A stretch of 64,000 nt of DNA from Desulfonatronovibrionaceae bacterium (GCA_046539845.1 JBKHGE010000002.1:1-64000); one strand, 5' to 3'; positions 1 through 10,502 are shown, counted from the first letter of the stretch. A program made the numbers and translations. Notes: generated by a model not told the origin, from the sequence alone.

Positions 1-486
1 TAAAAAATTATAGTAAGTTATCTAATGTCTAAAAAAGTTTGTTGGGACACCAGTGAGTTCTAGTCTTTTCCAATGTGCAATAAATTGCCCGCTTGTGCAA
101 GGGCCCGGGGAAAAAACCGGTTTTTCCCCGAAATAAGATTGGGGACAAAAGAGGACGCAAAAAGAGCTCATGGATATCGCTTAAAGAATGATTGGCCGCG
201 ACGGCACCGACTCCCTCATTCTCGGAGACAGCGAGTCTTCCGTATATTTTGGGGAAGAGGGCTTCAGGGGCCTTTTTTGAACAATGACCGCGATCCACGT
301 GCAAAACATTGTCAAATACTGCCTGGCAGGGGAAGAAGGCAGCCCGTATACTTGAGCCGCGCAATTTTTCTGCCTGCGGGCTGCATTTGACCTCAAATTG
401 TTTCCGGCTTAACATGATTTTTCCCGCATATGCCAATAAGGAGACATCCTGTGATTTGATTTATTGGTCGGCAAAGGAGGGTTGGG

Positions 487-687
487 ATGCAAAAGGAAAC
501 GATCGGGGACCGGCTGAAAAAGCCTTTTGTCCAGATGGGCCTGTCCGTGTTTGCCGCCTTGTGCGGAGCTGTTGTCCTGGTTATGGATTTTTCTTTGCGG
601 TATGTTTTGTTGGAAATAATTTTGCTTGCAAATGTGGCTGTCCAGTACTGGCTCAACTATTATATGAAGAAGAAATACCGGAAGTGA
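487..687 (+). CDS. small hypothetical membrane protein (2 TM helices)
   Basis: AAGGAGG RBS just upstream of ATG 487; two hydrophobic segments and a basic C-terminus. Confidence 0.6.
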   Translation: MQKETIGDRLKKPFVQMGLSVFAALCGAVVLVMDFSLRYVLLEIILLANVAVQYWLNYYMKKKYRK

Positions 688-908
688 GCCGCTTGAAACA
701 GCTAGCATCTGGCCCGGGGGCAACTTTTAAAGAAAAGCAGCCGAAAAATATTAGCAAGTCATTTTTTATCTTAGGGGTTCAGACCATAAGGCAATAAATA
801 TATTGAGATGGTGAAATAGTGAACCGGTGTTCATTATTCATCCCGGGCAGGCATCAGGCGGAAAGGACAGCGATATCGCTTGGAATCTTATCTCCCAAGG
901 AGGGAAGC

Positions 909-1451
909 ATGAATGCATTTGTGGACAGAATGATCCGGGCGGCCAAACTGGACCCAGGGGTCTACGAAGAGGTGGAAGCGGACCGCGGGGCAATGGGACA
1001 GGCCATGGGGGTAGTTGTTCTCTCCGGTTTGGCTGCTGGCGTGGGCATGATCGGAACCCAGGGCATGGTCGGGATTATTTTCGGCACCGTGGCCGCTCTT
1101 CTCGGGTGGTATATCTGGGCCTTTCTGACCTATTTCATCGGCGTAAAACTGCTCCCGGAGTCCCAGACCGAGTCCGACTACGGCGAGCTGCTCCGGACCA
1201 TCGGCTTTTCCAGTTCCCCGGGAATCATCCGGGTGGCAGGTGTCATCCCCGCACTGCAGGGGATTGTTTCTTTTGTGGCCGGTATCTGGATGCTCATAGC
1301 CATGGTTATCGCGGTTCGGCAGGCCTTGGACTATACAAGCACATTCCGGGCGGTCGGAGTGTGCATCATCGGGTGGTTGGTGCAGATGCTTTTGATTGCG
1401 GCTGTTTTTGCCCTTGTCGGCGGGTTCGGTGGGACCGCCCCGGCCCCTTGA
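909..1451 (+). CDS. YIP1-family membrane protein
   Basis: AAGGAGG RBS before ATG 909; about 5 TM helices; DRMIRAAKLD...YEEVEAD N-terminus typical of bacterial Yip1-domain proteins. Confidence 0.75.
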   Translation: MNAFVDRMIRAAKLDPGVYEEVEADRGAMGQAMGVVVLSGLAAGVGMIGTQGMVGIIFGTVAALLGWYIWAFLTYFIGVKLLPESQTESDYGELLRTIGFSSSPGIIRVAGVIPALQGIVSFVAGIWMLIAMVIAVRQALDYTSTFRAVGVCIIGWLVQMLLIAAVFALVGGFGGTAPAP

Positions 1452-1470
1452 TTTTTCCCGGGAGATAACC

Positions 1471-1896
1471 TTGGATACACAGACCTTTATTCGGGACAGG
1501 ATTCGAAGCTATTACTGGGACCAGGACTTAAACTGCGCCACTGTCAGCCTGTTGATCCTGGCGGAAAGGTTTGGGATGGAGCTTTCCGGCCAGGTTTTGG
1601 ATGCGGCCGCCGGCATGCACGGGGCCGGAAAATATGGGGCCCAATGCGGCCTGGTGGAAGGCCCGCTTATGTTCCTGGGCCTGGCCGGAAGGCAGTTTGG
1701 ATGGGCGGAAAACGAGATCGAGACCGCCTGCAGAGGATTTGCCGCCGGCTTTGAAGGGCGTTTCTCGAGCCTGTTGTGCGCTGTCCTGCGTCCCGGGGGT
1801 TTTAACGATGACGATCCGCCGCATTTGTGCGAGGATCTTACCCGCCGGGCGGTAAGCTTCAGTATTGATTTTGCGGAGGATTGCTTGAACAGATAG
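1471..1896 (+). CDS. C-GCAxxG-C-C family putative redox protein
   Basis: NCA...CGLVEG...LLC...HLC cysteine pattern; TTG start after GGAG. Confidence 0.8.
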   Translation: MDTQTFIRDRIRSYYWDQDLNCATVSLLILAERFGMELSGQVLDAAAGMHGAGKYGAQCGLVEGPLMFLGLAGRQFGWAENEIETACRGFAAGFEGRFSSLLCAVLRPGGFNDDDPPHLCEDLTRRAVSFSIDFAEDCLNR

Positions 1897-1925
1897 CTTA
1901 CAGGAAAAAAGAGCAAAAAACATTG

Positions 1926-1967
1926 ATCCACGGATTTGCCCCGGCCGGTGAATCCGTGGATTTTTTT
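1926..1967 (+). terminator. rho-independent terminator
   Basis: ATCCACGGATT/AATCCGTGGAT inverted repeat followed by a T run. Confidence 0.75.
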
Positions 1968-2162
1968 GGCCCCTCGACGTTGAAGAGGATCAGGCGGAGG
2001 GGAAAAAATGCATAGCCGCTACCGGGGGCTATATATCCTTCGCTTGGGGGTAAAAATGCTTTGCATTGCTTGTAGGGCAGTGTTAATAGACAAATACGTG
2101 TAATGTTAATAAACTCTTATATTTGTTCTTTTTCATTGCCTACACCGCAAAGGAGCGTGCAG

Positions 2163-2684
2163 ATGATCACCCTTTTGGCCAGATTGTTAAAAGTTTTGAA
2201 TTCAGAGGCCTCGCCTGGCCAGATAAGCGCTGCGCTCTGCTTGGCCCTGTTTTTTTCTTTCATGCCCTTTCTAACCCTGCAGCATTTTTTGATCCTGCTT
2301 CTCGCCCTTGTCCTGCGGGTCAATTTGTCCGGGTTTATCCTGGGCTGGCTGGTCTTTTCAGTCCTATCTTTTTTACTGGATCCCCTTTTTCACAAGTTGG
2401 GCCTGGCTGTTTTGTCTGCCGGTGCCCTGGAAGGCTTGTGGTCCGGGCTTTACGCCTCCGGATTCTGGCATCTGACCGGATTCAACAATACCATTGTCAT
2501 GGGCGGGTTTGTAACCGCCCTGGTTTTGGCTCTTCCCCTGTATTTTCTGTCCAACGCGCTTATTAGGCGCTATCGCAGACATTTCATGGCCTGGCTGGAA
2601 AAGACCCGCATTGCGCAGATGATCAAGGGCAGCCGTTTGTACTCCGCGTATAAAAAGGTTTCCGGATGGAGGGAGGCGATATGA
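2163..2684 (+). CDS. TIGR03546-family membrane protein
   Basis: LLKVLNSE.SPGQI, RVN, FNNTIVMG motifs; AAGGAG RBS; paired with the downstream TIGR03545 gene. Confidence 0.85.
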   Translation: MITLLARLLKVLNSEASPGQISAALCLALFFSFMPFLTLQHFLILLLALVLRVNLSGFILGWLVFSVLSFLLDPLFHKLGLAVLSAGALEGLWSGLYASGFWHLTGFNNTIVMGGFVTALVLALPLYFLSNALIRRYRRHFMAWLEKTRIAQMIKGSRLYSAYKKVSGWREAI

Positions 2685-4408
2685 GACGCTTTATAAGATG
2701 GCCGGGCCTGGCGGCTTTTGCCGGGATAGTGATAATAGTCGCTTTTATTTGGTATATTTTTGTGGACTATGCCGTGGAGTACGCGGTGGAGCGCACCGGA
2801 ACCAAAGCTGTCGGGGCCAGGGTGGATCTTGAATCCGCGGATCTGAGCCTCTTCCCACTAGGGCTTGAGTTAAACGGGCTGCAGGTAACCAATCCGAACC
2901 GGCCCATGCGCAACGCGGTGCAGATCGGGGGGATTAGGATGCAGCTGAATACCTCCCAGCTTATTATGGGCAAAAAAGTGGTCGAGGACATGTCTGTGAC
3001 TGAAATGGCCTTCAATACCCAGCGCTCTTCTTCCGGGGCCCTGCCCGGGAAGGAAAAGTCAGCGGAAAGGCAGGCGGAAATCGGGGAAAAACTGCGCAGC
3101 AAACTGGGCACCCTTCCCTCCATGTCTGTTAAAAAGGCAAAGGAGATACTGGAAAAGGAAAAGTTGGCCACCGTTGAGGAGGCCAGGGCCCTTAAGGAGG
3201 ATATCGCCGCGGCCCGGGAGGAGTTTCAAAATCGCCTGGAAAATCTCCCGGATGAAAACACGTTTGAGGAGTATCAAAAGAGAATAAACGACCTCGGCGG
3301 AGGTGACAGCGGCCTGATGGGAGTGGTCAGCAAGGCCGGGGAGGTTCAGGAAATAAGAAAGGATATCCAAGTGGATATAAAAGAGCTCCGCGCCACCCGG
3401 GAGGAGCTTACCCAATCCCGGCAAAATTTCCAGGAGCGCCTGCAAAAACTAAAGAGCGCCCCGGCCCGGGATGCAAGGCGTCTGGCCGACAAATACGGGC
3501 TTTCCCCCACGGGGCTGGGCAATATCTCCGCCCTTTTCTTCGGTCCCAAATACGCGGGCTGGGTGGAAAAGGGACTCGGCTGGTACACGCGCCTTTCCCC
3601 GTATTTGGCCGGAAAGACTGCGGGCGGTCCCAAGGAAGAGAAAAAGAAACGGGGCCAGGGAACGGATGTCCGGTTTGATACCGGTCGGATCGTCCCTCAA
3701 TACTGGGTAAAGAAGGCCGAGGTATCCATGCGCCTGGCTAAAAGCGAGGTCGGGGGAGATATCCGCAATTTCTCCACGGATCAGCCCGGGCTGGGTCTGC
3801 CCCTTGAGTTTTCCTTTTCCGGGACCGGGCTTAAAGATTCGGCCAGCCTGGATATAAAGGGGGCCGTGGACCGTACCAGCCCAAGCGACCCGGAAGACCG
3901 GGCCGAATTTGTGCTTCGGCAGTATCCGCTGGGCTCGATGGATTTGATTGAGCAGGAAAATTTCGGCCTGTCCTTGCAAGCGGCCGATTTGCAGATGGCT
4001 GACGGCAGCATCCGCATTGCCGGGAAAAACCTGGATGCGGATATAGCCGCCGGATTCGGCTCCGCAGACTTCCGAGTGCAGTCTAATCAAAAAAATAATC
4101 TGCTTTTGAGCAGCCTGGCGGACACCATGAGCGGCATAAGCTCGTTCAAGGTGCGCGCGGACTTGAGCGGGAGCATGCAGGACCCGGAGATAAGCATTAC
4201 TTCCGATGTCGACGATGTGCTGACCGGATCCCTTAAAAATACCGTGGCCAAACAGCAGGAAGAGTTGCAGGCAAAACTCAAAAACGCGATTTCCGAGCGC
4301 ACCCAGGGTGCGGTCAGCGGTTCTGAATCCGAACTCGCCGGTCTGGCCGGGATAAAAGAGGAGATAAACGTCCGGCTGGGCAAGGCGACCTCGGTCATGC
4401 CCAAATAA
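2681..4408 (+). CDS. TIGR03545-family protein (N-terminal TM, AsmA-like beta regions, helical insert)
   Basis: IRWPGL N-terminus, TM anchor, QVTNP..PMRN motif; ATGA overlap with the upstream gene. Confidence 0.85.
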   Translation: MRRFIRWPGLAAFAGIVIIVAFIWYIFVDYAVEYAVERTGTKAVGARVDLESADLSLFPLGLELNGLQVTNPNRPMRNAVQIGGIRMQLNTSQLIMGKKVVEDMSVTEMAFNTQRSSSGALPGKEKSAERQAEIGEKLRSKLGTLPSMSVKKAKEILEKEKLATVEEARALKEDIAAAREEFQNRLENLPDENTFEEYQKRINDLGGGDSGLMGVVSKAGEVQEIRKDIQVDIKELRATREELTQSRQNFQERLQKLKSAPARDARRLADKYGLSPTGLGNISALFFGPKYAGWVEKGLGWYTRLSPYLAGKTAGGPKEEKKKRGQGTDVRFDTGRIVPQYWVKKAEVSMRLAKSEVGGDIRNFSTDQPGLGLPLEFSFSGTGLKDSASLDIKGAVDRTSPSDPEDRAEFVLRQYPLGSMDLIEQENFGLSLQAADLQMADGSIRIAGKNLDADIAAGFGSADFRVQSNQKNNLLLSSLADTMSGISSFKVRADLSGSMQDPEISITSDVDDVLTGSLKNTVAKQQEELQAKLKNAISERTQGAVSGSESELAGLAGIKEEINVRLGKATSVMPK

Positions 4409-4476
4409 GAAAAAACGGTTTTCATCGGCCTGCGCATGACCCGGTTCGGCAGCTCAGGCACAAAAATGCGATAAAA

Positions 4477-4509
4477 AACAGGCAAAAGACCGGACGTATT
4501 TTGCCTGTT
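4477..4509. terminator. hairpin, possible terminator after the TIGR03545 gene
   Basis: AACAGGCAAAA/TTTTGCCTGTT 11-bp stem. Confidence 0.45.
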
Positions 4510-4648
4510 AAGATCCGGGAGATACTGGAGGAGAAAAGGAGAAAGCCGGCACGGTTGTCTTTGCCGCTTCACCCGGTTAAGATTACTCCTTGCTTGCGGT
4601 TGATGAAAATTTGTATTGATCGAGAATAGGAAAATGGAGGTTAGAACT

Positions 4649-5641
4649 ATGGAATATACCCGGATACCCGGTTTGCACGAGGAAGTCTCCCGGGTGGCCC
4701 TGGGCACCTGGGCCATCGGCGGCTGGATGTGGGGCGGGACGGATGAGGAACAGTCCGTCCGGACTATACACGCCGCTCTGGATAAAGGGATAAATATCGT
4801 GGATACCGCCCCGGTTTACGGTTTCGGCCGCTCCGAGGAGCTCGTGGGTAAGGCCTTGGCCCAAGACGGCAAGCGCAAAGGCGTGCTCGTGGCCACCAAG
4901 GCGGGGCTGGAATGGGATGCTGACACCAACAAAGTCTGGCGCAATTCTTCTCCGGAGCGTCTCCACCAGGAGGTTGAGGACTCCCTGCGTCGCCTGCGGG
5001 TTGAGGTTATAGACCTGTATCAGATCCATTGGCCGGACCCGGCGGTGCCGCCGGATGAAATCGCCGGTACCCTGAGGGGGCTGCAGGAGCAGGGCAAGAT
5101 CCGGGCTGCGGGAGTGAGCAACTTCACCCCGGAACAGATGCAGCAGTTCTCCCGGGAATGCCGTTTAAGCTCCTGTCAGCCTCCATACAATATACTCGAA
5201 CGGGATATTGAAAAGGATATACTGCCCTTCTGTCGCAAGCAGGGGGTGGCCCTTCTGACCTACGGAGCCCTTTGCCGCGGCCTTCTGACCGGGAAGATGA
5301 CCCCGGAGAGCACCTTTGAAGGGGATGACCTGCGCAACGTGGATCCCAAGTTCCAAGAGCCGCGTTTCAGTCAGTATCTGCAAGCAGTGGACGCTCTAAA
5401 GTCCCTGGCCCGAGATGAATTTGACCGGGAGGTAATCCATCTGGCGGTCAGGTTTATCCTGGACAAGGGCGTGAATGTCGCCCTGTGGGGGGGGCGGCGA
5501 CCGGAGCAGATGGAGCCTTTGGATCAGGTATTTGGCTGGGAGCTGGGAGAAAAGGCCATGCAGGAAATTGATCGGATTCTAAAGGAAACTGTGACCGACC
5601 CGGTGGGTCCGGAATTTATGGCCCCGCCTTCCCGGCAGTAA
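4649..5641 (+). CDS. aldo/keto reductase (YhdN/general stress protein 69-like)
   Basis: LGTWAIGGWMWGG, DTAPVYG, ATK, IDLYQIHWPD, GVSNF, QPPYN motifs; GGAGG RBS. Confidence 0.93.
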   Translation: MEYTRIPGLHEEVSRVALGTWAIGGWMWGGTDEEQSVRTIHAALDKGINIVDTAPVYGFGRSEELVGKALAQDGKRKGVLVATKAGLEWDADTNKVWRNSSPERLHQEVEDSLRRLRVEVIDLYQIHWPDPAVPPDEIAGTLRGLQEQGKIRAAGVSNFTPEQMQQFSRECRLSSCQPPYNILERDIEKDILPFCRKQGVALLTYGALCRGLLTGKMTPESTFEGDDLRNVDPKFQEPRFSQYLQAVDALKSLARDEFDREVIHLAVRFILDKGVNVALWGGRRPEQMEPLDQVFGWELGEKAMQEIDRILKETVTDPVGPEFMAPPSRQ

Positions 5642-5901
5642 GGGCTTGTTTCCCTTTTGAGGCCAGGCTGTCTCCCGGGAGATGGCTTGTTTAGAAGTCA
5701 AAGGATTTAGCAGTCCGGACCTATTTTTACTTACTTTTCTGTGTTCTTGCCGGAAAAGCGGTGAAGAGGTCCGGATTTTTTAAATTGCGTCTGCCATATT
5801 TTCCTTCGAGCTTTTAGTATAGTCTGGTCCTGTAATTGACTCTTTGTTCGCGTTCTTGCTACCGAAAGAAGCTTTGTTGAATTCAGTATCTAAAGACAGT
5901 T

Positions 5902-8238
5902 ATGTCCAGTCTGCCCATAGATGAGATAAAACCGGGATTTATAAAATGTCTGCCAGAGGGGGCGGTGGTTGTAGAAGCTCCTCCGGGGAGTGGGAAGTCC
6001 ACCCGGCTTCCGGTGTGGTGCTCGCAGTTCGGCCGGGTCCTAGTGGTGGAGCCGCGGCGGATCGCCTGCCGTTCCCTGGCCGGATACGTGGCGGAAATAA
6101 ACGGCCTTAAACTCGGGGATGAAATCGGCTATGCCGTGCGTTTCGAGGGCAGGTACGCAAAAGATACCCGGGTGGTCTTTGCCACGCCAGGCATTGCCCT
6201 GCGCTGGTACGCAGCCGATGGTTTGGGCGGATTTGATACTGTTGTCCTGGACGAGTTCCACGAACGCCGCTGGGATATGGACCTTTTGGCGGCCATGCTC
6301 CGCACCGGAGACAAGCATCTGGTCTTGACCTCGGCCACGGTGGAAGGGGAGCGTCTGGCCCGGTTTCTGGGGGGCAGGCGGCTTCTGGCCGGAGGAAAAC
6401 TGTATGACGTGGATATTCGCCACGCACAATCGCCCACCCTGCCCAGCTCCAAAAACCTGGATAGGCGGGCTGCGGACGCTGCCCTTTCGGCCCTTAAGTA
6501 TTCCGACGGCGGGGACGTTTTGGTCTTTTTGCCGGGCAAGGGAGAGATCGCGGCCGTGCAGACCATCCTGGAGAAGAGGCTCAAGGAAACCGAGGTTATT
6601 CCCCTGCACGCGTCCGTGGATATCCGCACCCAGGACAAGGCCCTCCGGGTGGAAAACAGGCAGCGGATCATCCTGGCCACCAATGTGGCCGAAACATCGC
6701 TTACCCTGCCCGGGGTGCGGGCGGTTGTGGACAGCGGATTGGAGCGGCGCACGCATTATAGAAACGGGCGCACCGTTTTGGCCCTTTGCGTGATCGCCGG
6801 TTCAGCCGCGGATCAACGCGCCGGCCGGGCGGGCAGACTGGGGCCGGGTATATGTTTTCGGCTCTGGAGCGAATCCGCCCGCCTGGAGCCGTATACCCCT
6901 CCGGAAGTGGTCCTGGAGGACCCCTCGGAATTCATTTTGGCCGCGGCAGCCTGCGGTTTCCGCGTTCGGGAGCTTTCCTGCCCGGATCCGGTCCCGGAGC
7001 ACGCCCTGGAAAAAGCCGCACACAGGCTGCAGTCCCTCGGCGCTCTGGATGAAAAGGAAGACATCACCGTCCACGGCAAAAGGCTCTTTCCTCTGCCCCT
7101 GGATACTCAGCTGGCCCATTTGATTGCCGCCCAGAGCGATGAGGCGGCCCGAGCGGACATGATCGATCTGGCCGCGGCCTTGAGCGCTCAAGGCCGTATT
7201 CTCCAGCCCGGGCAGTCCGAGCAGGGGATGCAGGATCTTAAACGCTTCGCTCCGGAAGCCTGCGACGCCTGCACCCTGATTCGGCTGCTGCGAAGCGTTC
7301 CCCCGAATTCCGTGCGGGTGAATGTGGCCGCCCGCAGCGAGGCGGAACGGATCGCCACGCAAATAAGAGAAGTTTTGGGCGTTTGTCCTCCGGACTCTTC
7401 CCGGTCTCCGGCCCGGGACGCGCTTACGGCCGGGATACTCCGGGCTGATCCCGAGCTTTGCTTTGCGCGTAGGGTTAAGCGCAACTGGAGCATGGGCAAC
7501 GGCAGCGAGGAGGTGGAGATAGGCAGGGACACCCGGATGCCGGAGGAAAAAGAGGCCGCGATCGTTCTGGATCGGCACAGCATCCCGGGTAAGGGCACGA
7601 CCAGGACGGTGACCATTGCCGCCTGCCTCATGCCGGTAACTTTCCGGGAGATCGCCCGGGCCGGGCTGGGTGGGTTGATCCGGCGCGAGCCCCGTGTGCA
7701 GGAGTCGACGGTAACGGTTACCGCGGACCGGGTTTACGCCGGCCGGGTGATTGATTCCCATGAGGAAAATCCGCAAGGGGAAGCGCTGCGCCGGGCGGTG
7801 GCCGGGCTTATACTTTCCGGGAGGCTGTGGCCGGAGCAGGGCCGGGATCTTGTGGAGGATATCCGGGCCTGGAACCTGTATCTGGCCCTGGGATTTGCCC
7901 AAGGTGAGGCGGTGGAGGCCGAGCCCTGGCTTGTTTCCAGACTGCAAAAGATCGGCCTGGAAGGCCCCGAGGACTTTGAGATCCTGGAGCCGGAAGACAT
8001 CCGTTTTTATGGGATTCCAGAATGGGATCGGCCCGATTTTGACCGCCGCTATCCGCGTGACCTGCATCTGGGGGATTTGCAGGTGGAGGTGGAGTATGAG
8101 CCGGATAAAAGACGCATCACCCTGGTTCGGATAGCCGGGATGCGCAAAAAGCCGCCGCAGCGCTGGGAGCTGCCCAGCTGGGGTGGGAACTGGGAGGTAA
8201 GATACCGCGACGGAAATCGGGTGGTGCCGGTTCGCTGA
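5902..8238 (+). CDS. hrpB: HrpB-like DEAH-box ATP-dependent RNA helicase
   Basis: APPGSGKST, EPRRIA, DEFHER, SAT, FLPG, ATNVAETSLT, QRAGRAGR motifs. Confidence 0.88.
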   Translation: MSSLPIDEIKPGFIKCLPEGAVVVEAPPGSGKSTRLPVWCSQFGRVLVVEPRRIACRSLAGYVAEINGLKLGDEIGYAVRFEGRYAKDTRVVFATPGIALRWYAADGLGGFDTVVLDEFHERRWDMDLLAAMLRTGDKHLVLTSATVEGERLARFLGGRRLLAGGKLYDVDIRHAQSPTLPSSKNLDRRAADAALSALKYSDGGDVLVFLPGKGEIAAVQTILEKRLKETEVIPLHASVDIRTQDKALRVENRQRIILATNVAETSLTLPGVRAVVDSGLERRTHYRNGRTVLALCVIAGSAADQRAGRAGRLGPGICFRLWSESARLEPYTPPEVVLEDPSEFILAAAACGFRVRELSCPDPVPEHALEKAAHRLQSLGALDEKEDITVHGKRLFPLPLDTQLAHLIAAQSDEAARADMIDLAAALSAQGRILQPGQSEQGMQDLKRFAPEACDACTLIRLLRSVPPNSVRVNVAARSEAERIATQIREVLGVCPPDSSRSPARDALTAGILRADPELCFARRVKRNWSMGNGSEEVEIGRDTRMPEEKEAAIVLDRHSIPGKGTTRTVTIAACLMPVTFREIARAGLGGLIRREPRVQESTVTVTADRVYAGRVIDSHEENPQGEALRRAVAGLILSGRLWPEQGRDLVEDIRAWNLYLALGFAQGEAVEAEPWLVSRLQKIGLEGPEDFEILEPEDIRFYGIPEWDRPDFDRRYPRDLHLGDLQVEVEYEPDKRRITLVRIAGMRKKPPQRWELPSWGGNWEVRYRDGNRVVPVR

Positions 8239-8250
8239 GGCCGGATTCCA

Positions 8251-8285
8251 CCCGGCACTCAGGGGTCCTGAGTGCCGGGCTTTTT
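8251..8285 (+). terminator. rho-independent terminator
   Basis: CCCGGCACTCAGG/CCTGAGTGCCGGG stem followed by TTTTT. Confidence 0.8.
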
Positions 8286-8458
8286 CCGACTTGTCACATT
8301 TTCCTTTTTAGGGGGACAGCTTTTTATAAGTTAAAAAGAAGGGGGGATTTCCGGAAAGTTTGGACACGTTTTGAACCGCATAGGAGGGACCATGTTTTTA
8401 AACCGCGGACGAGCCGCTTGCAATGTGCATTGGTATTTTTCATTTTTTGCCGGCCGGA

Positions 8459-8905
8459 TCACAGGTCCTCATACCTTTTTGGCGGATCCACCCCCAGCTC
8501 GGTCAACTTTTGGACAATGGACTCCTTGTCCATGAACCCGGTATGCCGGGCGACTTCTTCCCCTTGGGCATTAAAAAATACCTGGGTGGGAATGGCCTGG
8601 ATGCCGTATTTTTTTGCCTCCTCCTGGTTTTTCCAGACATCTATGAAGATGATCTTCGCCCGGCCTGCGTAGGCCTCTTTCAATTCTTCCAGAATCGGGG
8701 CCATAAGCTTGCACGGCGTGCATTCGTCCGCACCCAGATCGACCATGACCACTTCCCCGGGTGCGGGCGACTCAACCGTCGCGCCTCCTGAGGAGGGCTT
8801 TGAATCCTCCTTCGGCCCGGTTCCGTACTCAAACATATTCCAGACGACCACTGCCGCAAGGATTACTGTCGCGGCGATAAGCATCTTTCTAACGTTGGAA
8901 TTCAT
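8459..8905 (-). CDS. thioredoxin-family protein with N-terminal membrane anchor or signal
   Basis: DLGADECTPCKLM (CxxC), IPTQVFF cis-Pro motif; hydrophobic N-terminus. Confidence 0.85.
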   Translation of the reverse strand: MNSNVRKMLIAATVILAAVVVWNMFEYGTGPKEDSKPSSGGATVESPAPGEVVMVDLGADECTPCKLMAPILEELKEAYAGRAKIIFIDVWKNQEEAKKYGIQAIPTQVFFNAQGEEVARHTGFMDKESIVQKLTELGVDPPKRYEDL

Positions 8906-8943
8906 ATCCTTTTGCTTTCCTTTTTTTGGGTTTTCCAGTGGGT

Positions 8944-10035
8944 CTAATCCCGGCACGTTACATGGCAGACCCCGCTTGGAGTCTGCACGGCAAACGGAAA
9001 ATATTTTTGTTTTAGCCACAGGGCCACGTTGACCAGCAAGATCAGTACCGGGACTTCTACAAGGGGCCCGATTACCGCGGCAAAGGCGACCCCGGAGTTG
9101 ATCCCGAACACGGCCACGGCCACGGCAATGGCCAGCTCAAAGTTGTTCGAGGCCGCGGTAAAGGACAGGGTGGTGGTCTGTTCATAGGTGGCCTTGAACT
9201 TCATGGACATATAGAAGGTTATAAGGAACATAACCACAAAGTAGATGCACAGCGGAATGGCGATGCGGACCACATCAAAGGGGAGTTTAACAATGTATTC
9301 GCCCTTGAGCGAGAACATGACCACGATGGTAAACAACAGTGCGATCAGGGTGAGAGGGCTGATCTTGGGGATAAAAACGGAATGGTACCAGTTCTCCCCT
9401 TTGGTTTTCAGTCCGATGATGCGCGAGACGATTCCGGCGATAAACGGGATGCCCAGGTAGATAAACACGCTCTCGGCAATCTGGCCGATGGTGACATCAA
9501 CTGAGGTGCCTTCCAGGCCGAACCATCCCGGCAGGATGGTGATAAAAAACCAAGCGTAAACAGAAAAAAACAGCACCTGGAACACGGAATTAAAAGCCAC
9601 CAGTCCGGCGCAGTATTCAGCGTCGCCCCGGGCCAGTTCGTTCCAGACCAGGACCATGGCTATACAGCGGGCCAGACCGATCAGGATCAAACCGACCATA
9701 TATTCCTGCTGGCCGGACAGAAAGGCAATGGCCAGCAGGAACATCAAAACCGGGCCGATTACCCAGTTCTGGATCAGGGAGAGGGACAAAATCTTGTAAT
9801 CCCGGAATACCTCCCCGAGCTTTTCATAGCGCACTTTGGCCAGCGGCGGATACATCATCAGGATCAGTCCGATGGCGATGGGTACATTGGTGGTGCCCAC
9901 AGTTACATAATCCAGGAGATCAGTTACCTGCGGATAGAAATGCCCGGCAGAAACCCCGATAAGCATGGCCAGAAATATCCACAGGGTAAGGAATCTATCC
10001 AGGAGAGGCAGCTTCCTGGCTGCGGATTCTGTCAT
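8944..10035 (-). CDS. acr3: ACR3-family arsenite efflux transporter
   Basis: [48 protein letters not shown] motifs; start overlaps the arsR stop. Confidence 0.95.
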   Translation of the reverse strand: MTESAARKLPLLDRFLTLWIFLAMLIGVSAGHFYPQVTDLLDYVTVGTTNVPIAIGLILMMYPPLAKVRYEKLGEVFRDYKILSLSLIQNWVIGPVLMFLLAIAFLSGQQEYMVGLILIGLARCIAMVLVWNELARGDAEYCAGLVAFNSVFQVLFFSVYAWFFITILPGWFGLEGTSVDVTIGQIAESVFIYLGIPFIAGIVSRIIGLKTKGENWYHSVFIPKISPLTLIALLFTIVVMFSLKGEYIVKLPFDVVRIAIPLCIYFVVMFLITFYMSMKFKATYEQTTTLSFTAASNNFELAIAVAVAVFGINSGVAFAAVIGPLVEVPVLILLVNVALWLKQKYFPFAVQTPSGVCHVTCRD

Positions 10036-10421
10036 CTGAGTGCTCCCTTTGTTTGCGTCCTTTCCGTCCGGGAGTTTTGCGTCCTGCAGATCTCTTCGCG
10101 TCGGATTTCGGGCAGCCTGCCGGCGAGTTCGACTACCTCTGCTTCCCCTTCCAGCCAATGCCTTAGATTGCCGAGCATGTTGGATGCATAGGGATTGTCC
10201 GAGCCGTCAGCCAGGGCGTAATTGACCCACAAACCGTCTTTCTTATGGGTGGTCAGCCCGGCTTCCTCCAGAAGCTTTAAATGCTTGCTGGCCGTGGATT
10301 GGGCAATACCCAGGGCCTCCTGGATCTCGCATACGCACATTTGCCTGTGCTGAAGCATTTTCAATATTTTTATCCGCGTGGGATCTGACAGGGACTTCAT
10401 AACTTGTATGAATTTTTTCAT
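10032..10421 (-). CDS. arsR: ArsR/SmtB metalloregulatory repressor
   Basis: [36 protein letters not shown] motifs; heads the acr3 operon. Confidence 0.92.
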   Translation of the reverse strand: MKKFIQVMKSLSDPTRIKILKMLQHRQMCVCEIQEALGIAQSTASKHLKLLEEAGLTTHKKDGLWVNYALADGSDNPYASNMLGNLRHWLEGEAEVVELAGRLPEIRREEICRTQNSRTERTQTKGALR

Positions 10422-10454
10422 TATATTCTTCAGGCAAAACCGGTTCTTTAGTGG

Positions 10455-10502
10455 ATATATATCGTTGGATATGAATATAGTGTTAAGGATTTCGTTCGTC
10501 AA
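10455..10502 (-). promoter_or_regulatory. sigma70 promoter of the ars operon with overlapping putative ArsR operator
   Basis: TTGACG (10502-10497), 17 bp, TATATT (10479-10474); imperfect AT-rich inverted repeat TATATTCATATCCAACGATATATA over the -10. Confidence 0.6.

Noticed and set aside
38..52. TTTGTTGGGACACCA resembling an IS right end after an AT-rich window start
   Set aside because: No transposase or partner repeat inside the window; cannot be supported without upstream sequence.
106..130. Near-perfect palindrome CGGGGAAAAAACCGGTTTTTCCCCG
   Set aside because: Low complexity, single copy and no assignable gene context.
29..797. ORFs 29..436(-), 73..390(+), 309..797(+)
   Set aside because: No recognisable domains, no good RBS and mutually overlapping; only 487..687 has RBS support.
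6802..8067. 421-aa minus-strand ORF
   Set aside because: Antisense shadow of the hrpB-like gene, typical of GC-rich DNA.
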